Assembly: GCA_016938675.1 (NCBI GenBank)
Contig: JAFGUF010000014.1
Span: 6,668-70,667, forward strand
Reading direction: 5' to 3'
Length of the DNA: 64,000 nucleotides
From: Clostridia bacterium
GTDB taxonomy: Bacteria; Bacillota; Clostridia; Christensenellales; UMGS416
The notes beneath the pieces are model-generated. The model did no database searches. It saw only the letters and a list, made by a program, of their open reading frames with translations, and was not told the origin of the DNA. Every line of letters begins with the position of its first letter. Position 1 is the stretch's first letter. Below are positions 52,210 through 62,610 of the stretch, one piece after another. The position numbers and the translations under genes were made by a program.

Positions 52210-54627
52210 TTAGTGCGTGTAGAAATTTTCAAGCTCAGCAGGCACCATATCCGAAACCCCGAAATATACTATCTCCTGCACCGGACGATGGACAAAGTAC
52301 GTAGCGTTTACCTTATGGGTATTTAAAAACCTACCCATAAATACAACTGACGATGACAGCCCGCCATCTAAGTTGTATGCAACAGAGCAGCCCAGCTTCA
52401 TGAAATACCCCGACAAGTCATAGAATGTCATTCCCCTGTTCACCCAATCTTCCCGTCCGTCTGCTACGATGTTTACATAATGCCCCGGCTCAACCATGCC
52501 CCACGCACAGCGTGGATTGGTGCGCGAAAGGAAATAACCCGGCTGCAGGCTCTCCGGCGTTCTTTCACCATCCCTTACAAGTATCGGCCCGAAGGAGAGC
52601 ATGTTCATAACGCCTGCATCCAGCAGCTCGCCGTAGGTTATTCCGTCCTCTTTCATATAGGCGGCCATTGTTCCGTCCGGATACATTGCGAGAAAATCGC
52701 GGTTCTCGTTTGGCACGTCGTGTATCTCTTCTTCGCTGTACTCGTAGTTTTTCGCCTTCATTCCGTCGAAAACCCGACCGTCCCTTATGACCTTGGCAAT
52801 CCATGGATTCTCTCCCGTTATGGCAAAGTCCGAATTAGTGGCAAATACTGCCTTGTTGATTATCGCTATATCGTCCACCTGCTCGCAGCCGTACACGCCC
52901 GGAGCCTGCTTGTTGCTATAGCCTATGTCGAACCCCGAATGGTCCTTAGTTCTAATATTTGTTATGTATATCATGGTTTCCACGGCTTCATCATACACCG
53001 CTTCTATCCTAACGCTCAAGTTCGGCGAACTGTAGCACCAGAAATCATCAAGCTCTGTTACAATCTCATCCGCTGTGAAAAATTCTTCTTCTGTTGGCCT
53101 GTTTTCCTCAATAACCTTTTTATTTCTATCAAGCATCTCCGTGTTTATTTCCATGAATTCTGCTTTTCTGCCGGGTGACTGGGGCATAATGCCCTCACTA
53201 AAAAAGTAGTTTCCCTGTGCATCTTTAATAAAGAGCATATTTTCTTCGTATAGAATATTTATCACTTCATATTGCGGCGTTTTCAGCGGGCTTTGCATTG
53301 AGTGATAAAGCTTTTTGGGGATGTTTATTTCCGTGTAAATATTCTGCCGCATTCCGCCTGCGCATTCAGAGCCTGCAAGATTAAACATTGCCGTTTCTCC
53401 CAGCACGCCTATAATATTGTTAATGTCCCCTTCGTTGCTTTCCTTCATCATGGCTATCCTCTGTGAATTTTCAAATGAGGAATCAGCATAGTATACATGC
53501 TCGTCAAAGTTGTTTTTCATATCGAAATAGTATACGAAGTATTCATCAAACGCATACGCGTGCAGCATTTCTTCGCGCATAATCTCCGTCGATTCTCCGT
53601 CTGCATAAAAGTAGAATACATGAATGGAATCATGGGAATTATCAAGCCTCTCTGTATAATAAATCCCGTTGCCCTTGGGCTGCATCTCAATTACATTATT
53701 CGCCGATATCACTTCTTCAATTTCGAAATTCCTGTTCATCTTTAGCAGGCCCTTTGCGTAGGACAGGGCATAAAATGTGTCGCCGACGCTTATTAAGTCG
53801 AAGTAATCCCCTGCCTTAACCATCGTAAGCTCTGTGCCGTCTGTTTTCATTTCATAGATATTATATGGCGCTTCAATCATCAGCCCCCTGCCAAGCTCCT
53901 CGCCGGCAATGAAATAGATATATTCTCCTACGATATTTATTGACTGTATTCTGAAAGCTCCTGTCATGTCAGTAAGCGCCAGCAGCTCCGTTTTCCCTGT
54001 TTCGTAGCAGCACTTTGCTATGGAATGCACACCGTCTTTTTCAACCGGAAAGTATGCATATCCTTCGCTATAGGCCAGCGAATTGACATAGGGGCTGCGG
54101 CCTGCGGCTCCGCTTTCTGCGGCAGCGTCCCACTGTGCGCTGCGATCTATTATATCAGCGAGCACATTCTGCGCATTTTGATAGTTTTCGTCTGCTTCAA
54201 TAACAAGTGAAAGGTATTCCGCCGCAGCATCAAAATCCCTGTTTGAATATAGCAGCATACCTTCAGCATAGTCTTCGCCGGATTTTATAATTACCTGTTC
54301 ATTTGCAATAATGCCCTCAAGCGTCTGATCGATTTCTTCAGTTTTATAATCTAGAATTAGAAAATCATTCATTATTTTCATGGCTTCCTCAGCTGATCCC
54401 GCACTCTGCGCCATGGCCTTTATCTCATCAGCGCAGCTATCCAGAGACTGATTCAGCAAAGCTCTTGTTTCCTCGTCTGCCGCATCGTAGATATTCTTTG
54501 CGCCTGCGTAGTCGCCCGCATTGAGCAGCCCTTCAAATTCTGCTTGAGCCTGGCTGTAGTCGGTGTTTTGGCACGAGGCCAGCAAAAGGAGTATTATAAG
54601 CGGAAATAGTATAATCTTTTTCTTCAT
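52210..54627 (-). CDS. lipoprotein paralog of 48000..50480: TPR-like / beta-propeller / phosphodiester glycosidase (805 aa)
   Basis: Lipobox LLLASC. YIYFIAGE...PYNIYEMKTDGTEL. The C-terminus is ...GMTFYDLSGYFMKLGCSVAYNLDGGLSSSVVF. Confidence 0.7.
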   Translation of the reverse strand: MKKKIILFPLIILLLLASCQNTDYSQAQAEFEGLLNAGDYAGAKNIYDAADEETRALLNQSLDSCADEIKAMAQSAGSAEEAMKIMNDFLILDYKTEEIDQTLEGIIANEQVIIKSGEDYAEGMLLYSNRDFDAAAEYLSLVIEADENYQNAQNVLADIIDRSAQWDAAAESGAAGRSPYVNSLAYSEGYAYFPVEKDGVHSIAKCCYETGKTELLALTDMTGAFRIQSINIVGEYIYFIAGEELGRGLMIEAPYNIYEMKTDGTELTMVKAGDYFDLISVGDTFYALSYAKGLLKMNRNFEIEEVISANNVIEMQPKGNGIYYTERLDNSHDSIHVFYFYADGESTEIMREEMLHAYAFDEYFVYYFDMKNNFDEHVYYADSSFENSQRIAMMKESNEGDINNIIGVLGETAMFNLAGSECAGGMRQNIYTEINIPKKLYHSMQSPLKTPQYEVINILYEENMLFIKDAQGNYFFSEGIMPQSPGRKAEFMEINTEMLDRNKKVIEENRPTEEEFFTADEIVTELDDFWCYSSPNLSVRIEAVYDEAVETMIYITNIRTKDHSGFDIGYSNKQAPGVYGCEQVDDIAIINKAVFATNSDFAITGENPWIAKVIRDGRVFDGMKAKNYEYSEEEIHDVPNENRDFLAMYPDGTMAAYMKEDGITYGELLDAGVMNMLSFGPILVRDGERTPESLQPGYFLSRTNPRCAWGMVEPGHYVNIVADGREDWVNRGMTFYDLSGYFMKLGCSVAYNLDGGLSSSVVFMGRFLNTHKVNATYFVHRPVQEIVYFGVSDMVPAELENFYTH

Positions 54628-54918
54628 CGGCTACCTTCACAAATTTATAATATCAGGCGAATCCTCACCTGCAATAACCATATCATTAATTAACTTGGAA
54701 CATATAGAAATGCTCTTTGGCGCAATGGCGTAAAAGAGCATTCAGATGCCTATCAATATTATAATAGTTCTTTTATATTTTTGTCAAAGTTTTACGGTAA
54801 TATTTATTTATGGCAGGGATTTCAGTTTGCTTTCTTAAGCTTGATGAGCTGTTCATTTAGCTGCATGCTATGAAAAATAATTCTGATAGTTTTAACTCAT
54901 ATTCCCGCGGATAAACTA

Positions 54919-54945
54919 AAAGCCATCCTAAAAAAGGATGGCTTT
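54919..54945 (-). terminator. intrinsic terminator after lsrB
   Basis: aaaagccatcc-taaaaaa-ggatggcttt. Confidence 0.6.
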
Positions 54946-54996
54946 ATGTACTAACTTGTATGTTTTTGTTATACTTTTAATACCGCTTCTGGGATA

Positions 54997-56112
54997 TTAG
55001 AATGGATAATCTCCTACGTTTTCAGCTGTGAAAACTACGCGTTCTGGAAGAAGAACTACACCGTTGTTTACAGCAGCAGTTGGAGCACCCGGAACTAATT
55101 CGTCGTTTGTTACGATTGAACATTCGCCGATTCCCGGTACGTCGATTACATCACCAGCTGCAACTTCGTTGCCTGCTGCAAGGTATGCTGCGAAGTAGCA
55201 TCCCAATGCGCCCTGGATACCGCAGTCCCAAAGTCCCCATTGCTCAACTATGCCAGCTTCGAGATATGCTGTCATACCTGATGGTGTGCAGAAGCCTGTG
55301 ATTGTGATGTCGTCTTTTGTCAGGCCCTTGTTCTGTGCTGCCTGGCTTTGTCCCGGAAGAGCTGTTGAGTCGTTGCAGATGATTAAGTCAATGTCAGGAT
55401 ATGCATCCAGTATTGATTCACCAATAGAAACTGACTTCTGTGAATCCTGCTCTGAATAGAAAGGATCAGCAACTGCTACCCAATTCGGATACTTTTCTTT
55501 GATATATGCTTCGCCTGCTACATACCATGAATTCTGGTCAGCAACTGCAGCCTGTGAATAGTGCCAAACGTACTGTACTTCGCCGTTTACATCAACGCCG
55601 CGGTTTGTTAATGCGTCTGCACCCATATCAACCAGCATTTCGCCCAATATCTGTGGTGTTCCCTGAGAAACCATCAATGAACGTGCGTCTTCTGATACGT
55701 CAGAGTCCCATGTTGTTACAACGATGCCCATATCCTGAGCTTCCTTAAGCTTTTCATCCAATGCTTTTGCATCAACTGATGAGATAGCAATTGCGTCTAC
55801 ACCTGCGTCGATTGCCTGTTGGATAACTTCCAGCTGGTCTGTAACAGAAGCTGTAGCGCTGCCCATATACTTAACTTCGATTCCCCACTGCTCTGCATAC
55901 TTCTGAGCTCCGTCATTAGCTGCTTCGAAGAATGAGTTACCTGTAAGTTTCGGGATAAAAGCAACAGTCATACCTTCTATACTACCTGCTGTTTCTACTA
56001 CTTGTTGTCCGTTGTCTGCTGATGTATTGTCGCCGGCTGTCTCATCTTTTGAGCAAGCTGAAAGTGACAATATCATTACTAATACTAGCAATACCGCAAA
56101 TAACTTTTTCAT
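54997..56112 (-). CDS. lsrB: autoinducer-2 (AI-2) binding lipoprotein LsrB
   Basis: It aligns by eye with recalled E. coli LsrB. Matching blocks: FIPKL.G..FF, WDSD, QGTPQ.LGEMLVDM, and the C-terminus GVVLLPERVVFTAENVGDYPF versus [21 protein letters not shown]. Lipobox LSAC. Confidence 0.85.
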   Translation of the reverse strand: MKKLFAVLLVLVMILSLSACSKDETAGDNTSADNGQQVVETAGSIEGMTVAFIPKLTGNSFFEAANDGAQKYAEQWGIEVKYMGSATASVTDQLEVIQQAIDAGVDAIAISSVDAKALDEKLKEAQDMGIVVTTWDSDVSEDARSLMVSQGTPQILGEMLVDMGADALTNRGVDVNGEVQYVWHYSQAAVADQNSWYVAGEAYIKEKYPNWVAVADPFYSEQDSQKSVSIGESILDAYPDIDLIICNDSTALPGQSQAAQNKGLTKDDITITGFCTPSGMTAYLEAGIVEQWGLWDCGIQGALGCYFAAYLAAGNEVAAGDVIDVPGIGECSIVTNDELVPGAPTAAVNNGVVLLPERVVFTAENVGDYPF

Positions 56113-56171
56113 TTTATCCTCCTTGTTATGTTTGTTTATTTCTAATTAGAGTAGGATTACTCTAAACTTAT

Positions 56172-57230
56172 CTACTCAATGCTATGTTCTTTCCTGAACA
56201 ATTTTCTTATGTAAGACGATGTCCTTGGGTTGGATGCCAGCTCCCTGGCCGAAACTACCAGAACCAGCATTATGCCAATAGGCAAATCCAGATTCTGCGT
56301 GCTTACTCCGAAGCAAAGCGGCAGCCCATACCTTAAAATAACTATTGCAAGCGCTGCCAGCGCCGTGCCGATTATGCTGCCTTTGCCGCCCGTTGAGAGC
56401 GTGCCGCCCAGAACAACCGCCGTAATTATAGAAAGGGTGAATGTCGACCCCAGATTATACTTTGCTGAGTCTACATTTGCAGTCAGAAGTACGCCTGCTA
56501 TTGCAGCACCAATGCCTGTTAATATATATGTGCTCATGATTATCCATCTGCTGTTTACTCCTGAGTACTCAGCCGCTTTCCTGTTTACGCCCACGAGGAA
56601 AACCTTGCGTCCGTATTTTGATTTGTGCAGCAGCCAGTAGCACAGTATGATCAAAGCAACGTATATGACTATCTGTATCGGTATTACGTCAAACAGCTTG
56701 TATTTGCCCAGTGCCCTGAAGGCGATGAACTCGCCTGCTTCGTTCTTTCCGGGAAAGCCGTTGATTCCCTGGTATGCAGGCGTTGCAGACAGCCCGGAGA
56801 CCAAAAGAGCAATACCTGAAAACAGGAAGCTTCCGCCCAATGTAACAACCATCGGCTGAACATTGCAGTAGGCTACTAAAAATCCTGAAAGCGCTCCTGC
56901 GAGCCCAGCTGTTATTATGGCCAATAGTACAGCCATCCATATATTCAGCCCGGCATCGCTCCATAGTACTCCGATCACTATGGATGTCAGCCCGACTATT
57001 GAGCTGGCCTGTATGTCAATGCCGCCGGTTATCATAACAAAGGTTACAAATAATGATATGATGCAAATACTGATATAATTGTTTATGCTTGAGAATATTG
57101 ATGCCGGCCTCATGAATTTTTCAAAGTCTGCCGCTCCGAATATAATGAATTCAGCAGCAATTATCATAACCAGGACAAATTCCCATTTGGTCACTATATC
57201 TTTTGTTTTCTGCAGAAATTTATTTTTCAT
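56172..57230 (-). CDS. lsrD: AI-2 ABC transporter permease LsrD
   Basis: Ribose-type (BPD_transp_2) permease in the third position of the A-C-D-B order. Confidence 0.7.
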   Translation of the reverse strand: MKNKFLQKTKDIVTKWEFVLVMIIAAEFIIFGAADFEKFMRPASIFSSINNYISICIISLFVTFVMITGGIDIQASSIVGLTSIVIGVLWSDAGLNIWMAVLLAIITAGLAGALSGFLVAYCNVQPMVVTLGGSFLFSGIALLVSGLSATPAYQGINGFPGKNEAGEFIAFRALGKYKLFDVIPIQIVIYVALIILCYWLLHKSKYGRKVFLVGVNRKAAEYSGVNSRWIIMSTYILTGIGAAIAGVLLTANVDSAKYNLGSTFTLSIITAVVLGGTLSTGGKGSIIGTALAALAIVILRYGLPLCFGVSTQNLDLPIGIMLVLVVSARELASNPRTSSYIRKLFRKEHSIE

Positions 57231-58245
57231 CAGCGCTATCCACCTTTACATCATTATGGCTTGAGGCTCTGGCAGCAAGCCTGGCCCTTCTCGCCTTTTC
57301 CACCGACCTTGTGTGCATCAGCGCGTCCGTGACTACAATAGTAATCAGCATAATTCCCTTTATTGTATTGTCAAAATCAGAAGACAGGCCTATAAATACC
57401 AGCAGCCTTCCTATTGTAGACATAATTACAGCGCCTATTCCTGCGCCAAGCAGGCTGCCTAATCCTCCGGAGAGGCTGACCCCGCCAAGCACGCACGCAG
57501 CAATCGCCGACATCTCATATCCGGAACCTGCCACAATATTTACCTGTCCGTACTTTGATGCAAATGCTACGCCTGCTACGGCAGCGAATATACCGGAGAG
57601 AATATAGGCAAGCACCTTTGTCCATACAACGGGTATGCCAATAAGGGTAGCTCCGCCGATGTTGTCGCCCACTGCTATAAAATTCTTTCCGCTTCTTGTC
57701 CTCGTCAGTATCAAATGCCCCGCAATGATTACAACAACCACGATTGAATAGTATATTGTAATATCGCCGAAAATTGTTTTGCTTCCAAGGTTTGTGAAGT
57801 CCCCTGCGAAATTCTCAACTGTGCGGCCGCCTGAATATACATATACCAGCCCTCTTACTATTCCCATTATTCCCAATGTGAATATCAATGAAGGCACTTT
57901 GATGATTGCTACACCCACGCCGTTTATGATGCCAACTGCTATTCCCAGAACAGCAGCATAAAGCAGCATCTCTGCTATGCTTCCGCCTCTTTGCGCAATT
58001 GTTCCCGCAATCGCCGCGGAAAGGCCCATGGTCGCTCCTATGGATACATCTATTTCACCTGTCATTATTACGAAGGCTATTCCCGCCGCAAGAAGAGTGA
58101 AAACAACGCTGCTGTTAAATGCGCTGATAATATTTTCATAGCTGAAAAATGTCGGGTTTATTATGCCTGTTACAGTAAATAGGATTATAAGGAATACAAG
58201 GCTTGACAACCATCTTACTCTACTTAATCTTTTAAGCAAATTCAT
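57220..58245 (-). CDS. lsrC: AI-2 ABC transporter permease LsrC
   Basis: Ribose-type permease whose start directly abuts the lsrA stop codon (no intergenic gap). Confidence 0.7.
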   Translation of the reverse strand: MNLLKRLSRVRWLSSLVFLIILFTVTGIINPTFFSYENIISAFNSSVVFTLLAAGIAFVIMTGEIDVSIGATMGLSAAIAGTIAQRGGSIAEMLLYAAVLGIAVGIINGVGVAIIKVPSLIFTLGIMGIVRGLVYVYSGGRTVENFAGDFTNLGSKTIFGDITIYYSIVVVVIIAGHLILTRTRSGKNFIAVGDNIGGATLIGIPVVWTKVLAYILSGIFAAVAGVAFASKYGQVNIVAGSGYEMSAIAACVLGGVSLSGGLGSLLGAGIGAVIMSTIGRLLVFIGLSSDFDNTIKGIMLITIVVTDALMHTRSVEKARRARLAARASSHNDVKVDSADEK

Positions 58246-59766
58246 TTAAATTGCCTCCTGATCCTTATATAGTCCGAATGAAGCAGCCGTGAGATTATCC
58301 ATAGTGATTTCCTTTTTGGTGAATTCTCTGTTGATTCTTCCGTTGAACACAGCAATGCTTCTGTCTGCCAGCTCGACAATCTCTTCCAAATCAGATGAAA
58401 TCAAAAGCACGGCTACGCCTTTGCTCTTCAGTTCATTTATTATTCTGTATACGTCCATACGTGCCGCTGCGTCTATGCCTCTTGTGGGTTCATCCAGAAT
58501 AACCAGTTTCGGAAGAGTAGACAGCGATTTGCCGATAACTACCTTTTGCTGGTTTCCGCCGGAGAGGCTGCCTGCCAGCTGGCCGTTATCTGTCACCTTT
58601 ATTCTAAAATCTTCAACGTACTTGCTGGTTAATTGCCTTTCTTTTTTCCTGTTAAGGGTGAACCTGCCCATATCTTTTCTGTCCAGCATCGAGGCCGTTA
58701 TATTCTCGCTCACTGCACTTATCTTAAACAATCCGTGATTGTGCCTGTCCTCCGGCACGAGGTTTATTCCTGCTTTCAGCATTGCGCTGGTTTTAAGCCC
58801 AGTTATATCCTTGCCCTCAAGCAGAACCTTGCCGCTCAAAGTCTTGTCCCTGCCGAATATTGTCCTTACCAGCTCTGTGCGGCCCGCGCCCACAACTCCT
58901 GCAAGGCCCAGTATCTCCCCCGGATAAACTCCGAATGAAATATTATTGAATCCATAGCCGCTGTAATCTTTCAGTTCAAATACCGGCTTTAGGTTCTTAT
59001 AATCAATTGTTTTTAGTTCAGTTTCCGCCTTTTCTTTCTGCTCGCAGTTGGAAGGCATCAGGCCCTTTATCAGCATTTCTCTGTTGAAATCCTCTACCTG
59101 TCCATCAAGGGTTATAATGCCGTCGCACATAATAGATACATGTGTCGCGATTTCAAAAACCTCTGAAAGCCTGTGCGTAATATATATAATGCCTATTCCC
59201 TTGTCTTTCAGGTCCTTAACCACCTTGAAGAAGCTTGCTACTTCGTCAAATGTAAGCGCTGATGTAGGTTCATCCAGAATGAGTATTTTCGCTTCTCTTA
59301 GAAGCCCTCTGATAATCTCAACCAATGTCTGCTCAGCAATTGACAAGCTGCTTGCGCTGCGCTCCAAATCCAGCTCCCAGCCTATTGACTGCATTAATTC
59401 AACGATTTTTTTCTTCAGCTCGGACTGCTTTCCTTTGAAGCCCATTGTTATGTTCTCTTCAACTGTCATATTAGGAAAAAGCATCGGCTCCTGCGGAACC
59501 ATATATATCCCTGCAGCCAATGCAGCGGATGCATTGGACAGGTGCAGCTGCTTGCTATTTACATATATGCTGCCTTTATCACTTTGATAGATACCCATGA
59601 TTATTTTCATGAGCGTGCTTTTGCCTGCTCCGTTGCCGCCGATTAGGGCGAGCACTTCGCCGGCCTTGAGCTCCAGGTCTATTCCCCGTAATACAAGGTT
59701 GCTTCCAAAGGACTTATATATCTTTTCTATGCATAAAAGTTTTTCGTTTGTTTCGCTTTTTCCCAT
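58246..59766 (-). CDS. lsrA: AI-2 ABC transporter ATP-binding protein LsrA (duplicated ATPase)
   Basis: Two Walker A / signature sets (GGNGAGKST; LSIAEQ / LSGGNQQK). I prefer the start at MGKSETNEK (59766), which has GAGGA upstream. Confidence 0.8.
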   Translation of the reverse strand: MGKSETNEKLLCIEKIYKSFGSNLVLRGIDLELKAGEVLALIGGNGAGKSTLMKIIMGIYQSDKGSIYVNSKQLHLSNASAALAAGIYMVPQEPMLFPNMTVEENITMGFKGKQSELKKKIVELMQSIGWELDLERSASSLSIAEQTLVEIIRGLLREAKILILDEPTSALTFDEVASFFKVVKDLKDKGIGIIYITHRLSEVFEIATHVSIMCDGIITLDGQVEDFNREMLIKGLMPSNCEQKEKAETELKTIDYKNLKPVFELKDYSGYGFNNISFGVYPGEILGLAGVVGAGRTELVRTIFGRDKTLSGKVLLEGKDITGLKTSAMLKAGINLVPEDRHNHGLFKISAVSENITASMLDRKDMGRFTLNRKKERQLTSKYVEDFRIKVTDNGQLAGSLSGGNQQKVVIGKSLSTLPKLVILDEPTRGIDAAARMDVYRIINELKSKGVAVLLISSDLEEIVELADRSIAVFNGRINREFTKKEITMDNLTAASFGLYKDQEAI

Positions 59767-59857
59767 ATCGTCCTCACTTCTTTGCTGTACATTTGTTAAA
59801 ATACACATTTTTTCGAGTATTTAACATTTGTTTTCTGTTAAATCATTTGTTTCTTCA

Positions 59858-59886
59858 ATAATAATTCACTTTGTACATTTTGTCAA
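59858..59886 (-). promoter_or_regulatory. sigma-70-type promoter candidate for lsrACDB
   Basis: On the minus strand: TTGACA, 17 nt, TATTAT. Confidence 0.45.
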
Positions 59887-59916
59887 CAAAAATATTGATT
59901 TTTTGTGCTTTTTTCA

Positions 59917-59945
59917 TTGACAATGGCTATTTTAGCTGATATACT
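59917..59945 (+). promoter_or_regulatory. sigma-70-type promoter candidate for lsrR-lsrK
   Basis: TTGACA (59917..59922), 17 nt, TATACT (59940..59945). Confidence 0.45.
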
Positions 59946-60061
59946 TTGTTTATTGATAAACATTTTATCAGATTTGCAACATTTGTTTAGTAACAAAAAT
60001 AACGAGGCTAAACAATTGTTCAAAAAATAGTATATATTATTATTGGAAAGGGCCTATAAGT

Positions 60062-60991
60062 ATGCGTGAAAGCAACCTAATAATGAAAATTGCGTGGTTT
60101 TACTATATTGACAACCTGACTCAGCAGCAAATCGCCGAGAAACTGGATATTTCACGCATGAAAGTAATTAAATATTTAAATCAGGCCAAGACGGAAGGCG
60201 TTGTACAGTTCAAAATAAACAAAAACGCTGAAAACAGAGTTCAGGCTGAAGTAAAGCTTATAGAAAAATATGGCCTTGATGATGTTTTCGTAGTGCCCAA
60301 TTCAGGCAGCGAAGATCTAAACGACACAATAGCCCAGGCTGCTGCGCAGTATATTGAGGAAAAGAGCAAACCGGGAGATTATATTAATATAGGCTACGGC
60401 GACACAGTATCAAAGACTGTAAGCCATCTCATCTACGCGGTGGAAAAGCCGCTTTCTCTGGTCTCGTTATCCGGCGGGGTTTCCTTCTACACCTCGTCCA
60501 TAATCAACGGCGCACATAAAAAAACTGCCTCTTCACCCACACCTAATATATATGTTGTGCCCGCACCTCTTGTTGCATCCAGCAAGGAAGTTGCTCAGAC
60601 CATTTTGAAAGAGTCATCCATAAAGGAAATACTGGATATGACGCAGCTGGCGTCCATGTCCGTTGTGGGTATAGGGGCAGTAACAAACACGGCAACAATA
60701 TTTAAATATAATATAGTAAGCAATAACGACCTCGTTCTCCTGCAGATGCAGGGGGCAGTCGGCGATATACTCAGCCACTTCTATGACAAAGACGGCAACA
60801 TAATAGAAAACGAGCTCAACGCCAGACTGATAAGCTCCGATTTGTCATTGCTTAAAAACGGCAAAAAGGTAATCGGCGTAGCAGGAGGAAAAGACAAGGT
60901 GACTGCTATACATTCAGCTTTGTCAGGCAAGCTAGTCAATGTATTCATAACAGACGAAGACACAGCGGCAAGATTGCTGGAATATAAATAG
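60062..60991 (+). CDS. lsrR: SorC-family transcriptional repressor LsrR
   Basis: N-terminal HTH (LTQQQIAEKLDISRMKVIKYL) plus a sugar-phosphate-binding domain. It is divergent from lsrA and upstream of lsrK. Confidence 0.8.
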   Translation: MRESNLIMKIAWFYYIDNLTQQQIAEKLDISRMKVIKYLNQAKTEGVVQFKINKNAENRVQAEVKLIEKYGLDDVFVVPNSGSEDLNDTIAQAAAQYIEEKSKPGDYINIGYGDTVSKTVSHLIYAVEKPLSLVSLSGGVSFYTSSIINGAHKKTASSPTPNIYVVPAPLVASSKEVAQTILKESSIKEILDMTQLASMSVVGIGAVTNTATIFKYNIVSNNDLVLLQMQGAVGDILSHFYDKDGNIIENELNARLISSDLSLLKNGKKVIGVAGGKDKVTAIHSALSGKLVNVFITDEDTAARLLEYK

Positions 60992-61015
60992 GACACAAGT
61001 CATTAAGGAGAAAAA

Positions 61016-62578
61016 ATGAGCAATTATCTGATGGCTATAGACGCAGGAACCGGAAGCCTCCGTTCTGTCATATTCGACCTCAATGGAAATCAGATTGCAG
61101 TTTCCCAGCAGGAATGGACGCACAACGAAGACCCTAGGTATCCTAATTCCATGGATTTTGACGTCGAAAAAAACTACGGGATAATGGTCAGCTGCGTAAA
61201 AGAAAGCATAAAAATGTCCGGGATTAACCCCCGCGACATTATTGCCATATCTTCAACCAGCATGCGAGAGGGCATCGTGCTCTATGATTCTGACGGCAGG
61301 GAGCTTTGGGCATGTGCCAATGTAGACGCGCGGGCAGACAAGGAAGTATCCCATCTTAAATCCCTTGGCAATGATATTGAGCAGGAAATCTATGAAGAAT
61401 CCGGCCAAACTTTTGCTCTCGGCGCTCTGCCGCGAGTGCTATGGGTTAAGAACCATATGCCTGAAGTCTATGAAAAAACAGCGGCTATAACCATGCTGAA
61501 CGACTGGATAACATACAGATTAACAGGGATATTATCGGTTGAGCCATCAAATGGCTGCACGACAGGCATGTTTGATTTGTCCAGCCGCAGCTGGGACAAT
61601 AAAATAGCGGAAAAGTGCGGGCTCAAAACAGACATCTATCCAACGGTATATGAATGCGGCAAGCCAATAGGAAAAATACTTCCGGAGATGGCATCAGAAT
61701 TCGGCCTATCAGAGGAATGCCTGATAGTGGCAGGCGGCGGAGACGCCAACCTAGGATGCATCGGCGTGGGCGTATGCTCGCCCGGGCAGGCTGCGCTATT
61801 CGGCGGCAGCTTCTGGCAGCTGGAATACAATGTTGACAAGCCAACTGTTGATAAAGACTGCAGGGTGCGCGTCAACTGCCATATTCTCGAAGATACATGG
61901 CAGTATGAGATGATAGCATTTTTCCCCGGCCTCATAATGAGATGGTTCAGGGATGCATTCTGCCAGATGGAAAAGCAAATTGCAGAACAAAGAGGAATAT
62001 CCGCGTATTCAGTGCTCGAAGAGCAGGCACGGGAAGTGCCCGTCGGATCCTACGGAATGATGTGCTCATTTTCAAGCGTAATGGACTACAAGGAGTGGAA
62101 GCATGCCTCGCCGGCATTTGTCAACTTCAATATTGATCCGTTAAAATTCAACAAAGGCACATTCTACAGAGCCTTAATGGAAAATGCGGCATTGGTTACT
62201 TTGGGACATTCAAAAATAATCAGCGAAGTAACCGGCAAAGAAATAAAGGAAGTAACATTCGCCTCCGGCGCTTCGCAGAGCGATTTATGGTGCCAGATAG
62301 TCTCTGATGTGCTGGGAGCAAAGGTAAAGATACCAAAGGTTAAGGAAGCGACCGCCCTAGGTACATCCATATGCGCAGGCGTAGGCGCAGGTGTATATTC
62401 AAGCATTGAAGATGCAGCAAATAAGCTGGTGAAGTTCGAAAAGGAATATACCCCCGACATGGAAAACCATAAAAAATATTTAGAAATATATAATACGTGG
62501 AAAGAGATAAACAAAACCCAGATGGAAAACTCGGACAGAGGACTTATATCTCATATGTGGAAAGCGCCGGGGCTATAA
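61016..62578 (+). CDS. lsrK: autoinducer-2 kinase LsrK (FGGY family)
   Basis: It aligns by eye with recalled E. coli LsrK. Matching blocks: YLMA.DAGTGS.R.VIFDL.GNQIAV, SMREGIVLY, WACANVDAR, MRWFRDAFC, VKEATALG, and the C-terminal WKAPGL. Confidence 0.9.
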   Translation: MSNYLMAIDAGTGSLRSVIFDLNGNQIAVSQQEWTHNEDPRYPNSMDFDVEKNYGIMVSCVKESIKMSGINPRDIIAISSTSMREGIVLYDSDGRELWACANVDARADKEVSHLKSLGNDIEQEIYEESGQTFALGALPRVLWVKNHMPEVYEKTAAITMLNDWITYRLTGILSVEPSNGCTTGMFDLSSRSWDNKIAEKCGLKTDIYPTVYECGKPIGKILPEMASEFGLSEECLIVAGGGDANLGCIGVGVCSPGQAALFGGSFWQLEYNVDKPTVDKDCRVRVNCHILEDTWQYEMIAFFPGLIMRWFRDAFCQMEKQIAEQRGISAYSVLEEQAREVPVGSYGMMCSFSSVMDYKEWKHASPAFVNFNIDPLKFNKGTFYRALMENAALVTLGHSKIISEVTGKEIKEVTFASGASQSDLWCQIVSDVLGAKVKIPKVKEATALGTSICAGVGAGVYSSIEDAANKLVKFEKEYTPDMENHKKYLEIYNTWKEINKTQMENSDRGLISHMWKAPGL

Positions 62579-62610
62579 GTTTTAGAATATATTGATACGA
62601 GAGGTGTAAC

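Noticed and set aside
54700-54745. 10-bp hairpin aatgctcttt...aaagagcatt upstream of 52210..54627, considered as a riboswitch or attenuator
   Set aside because: It is an isolated stem with a weak T-tract. It is most likely a secondary terminator for read-through from lsrB, and there is not enough signal to call it.
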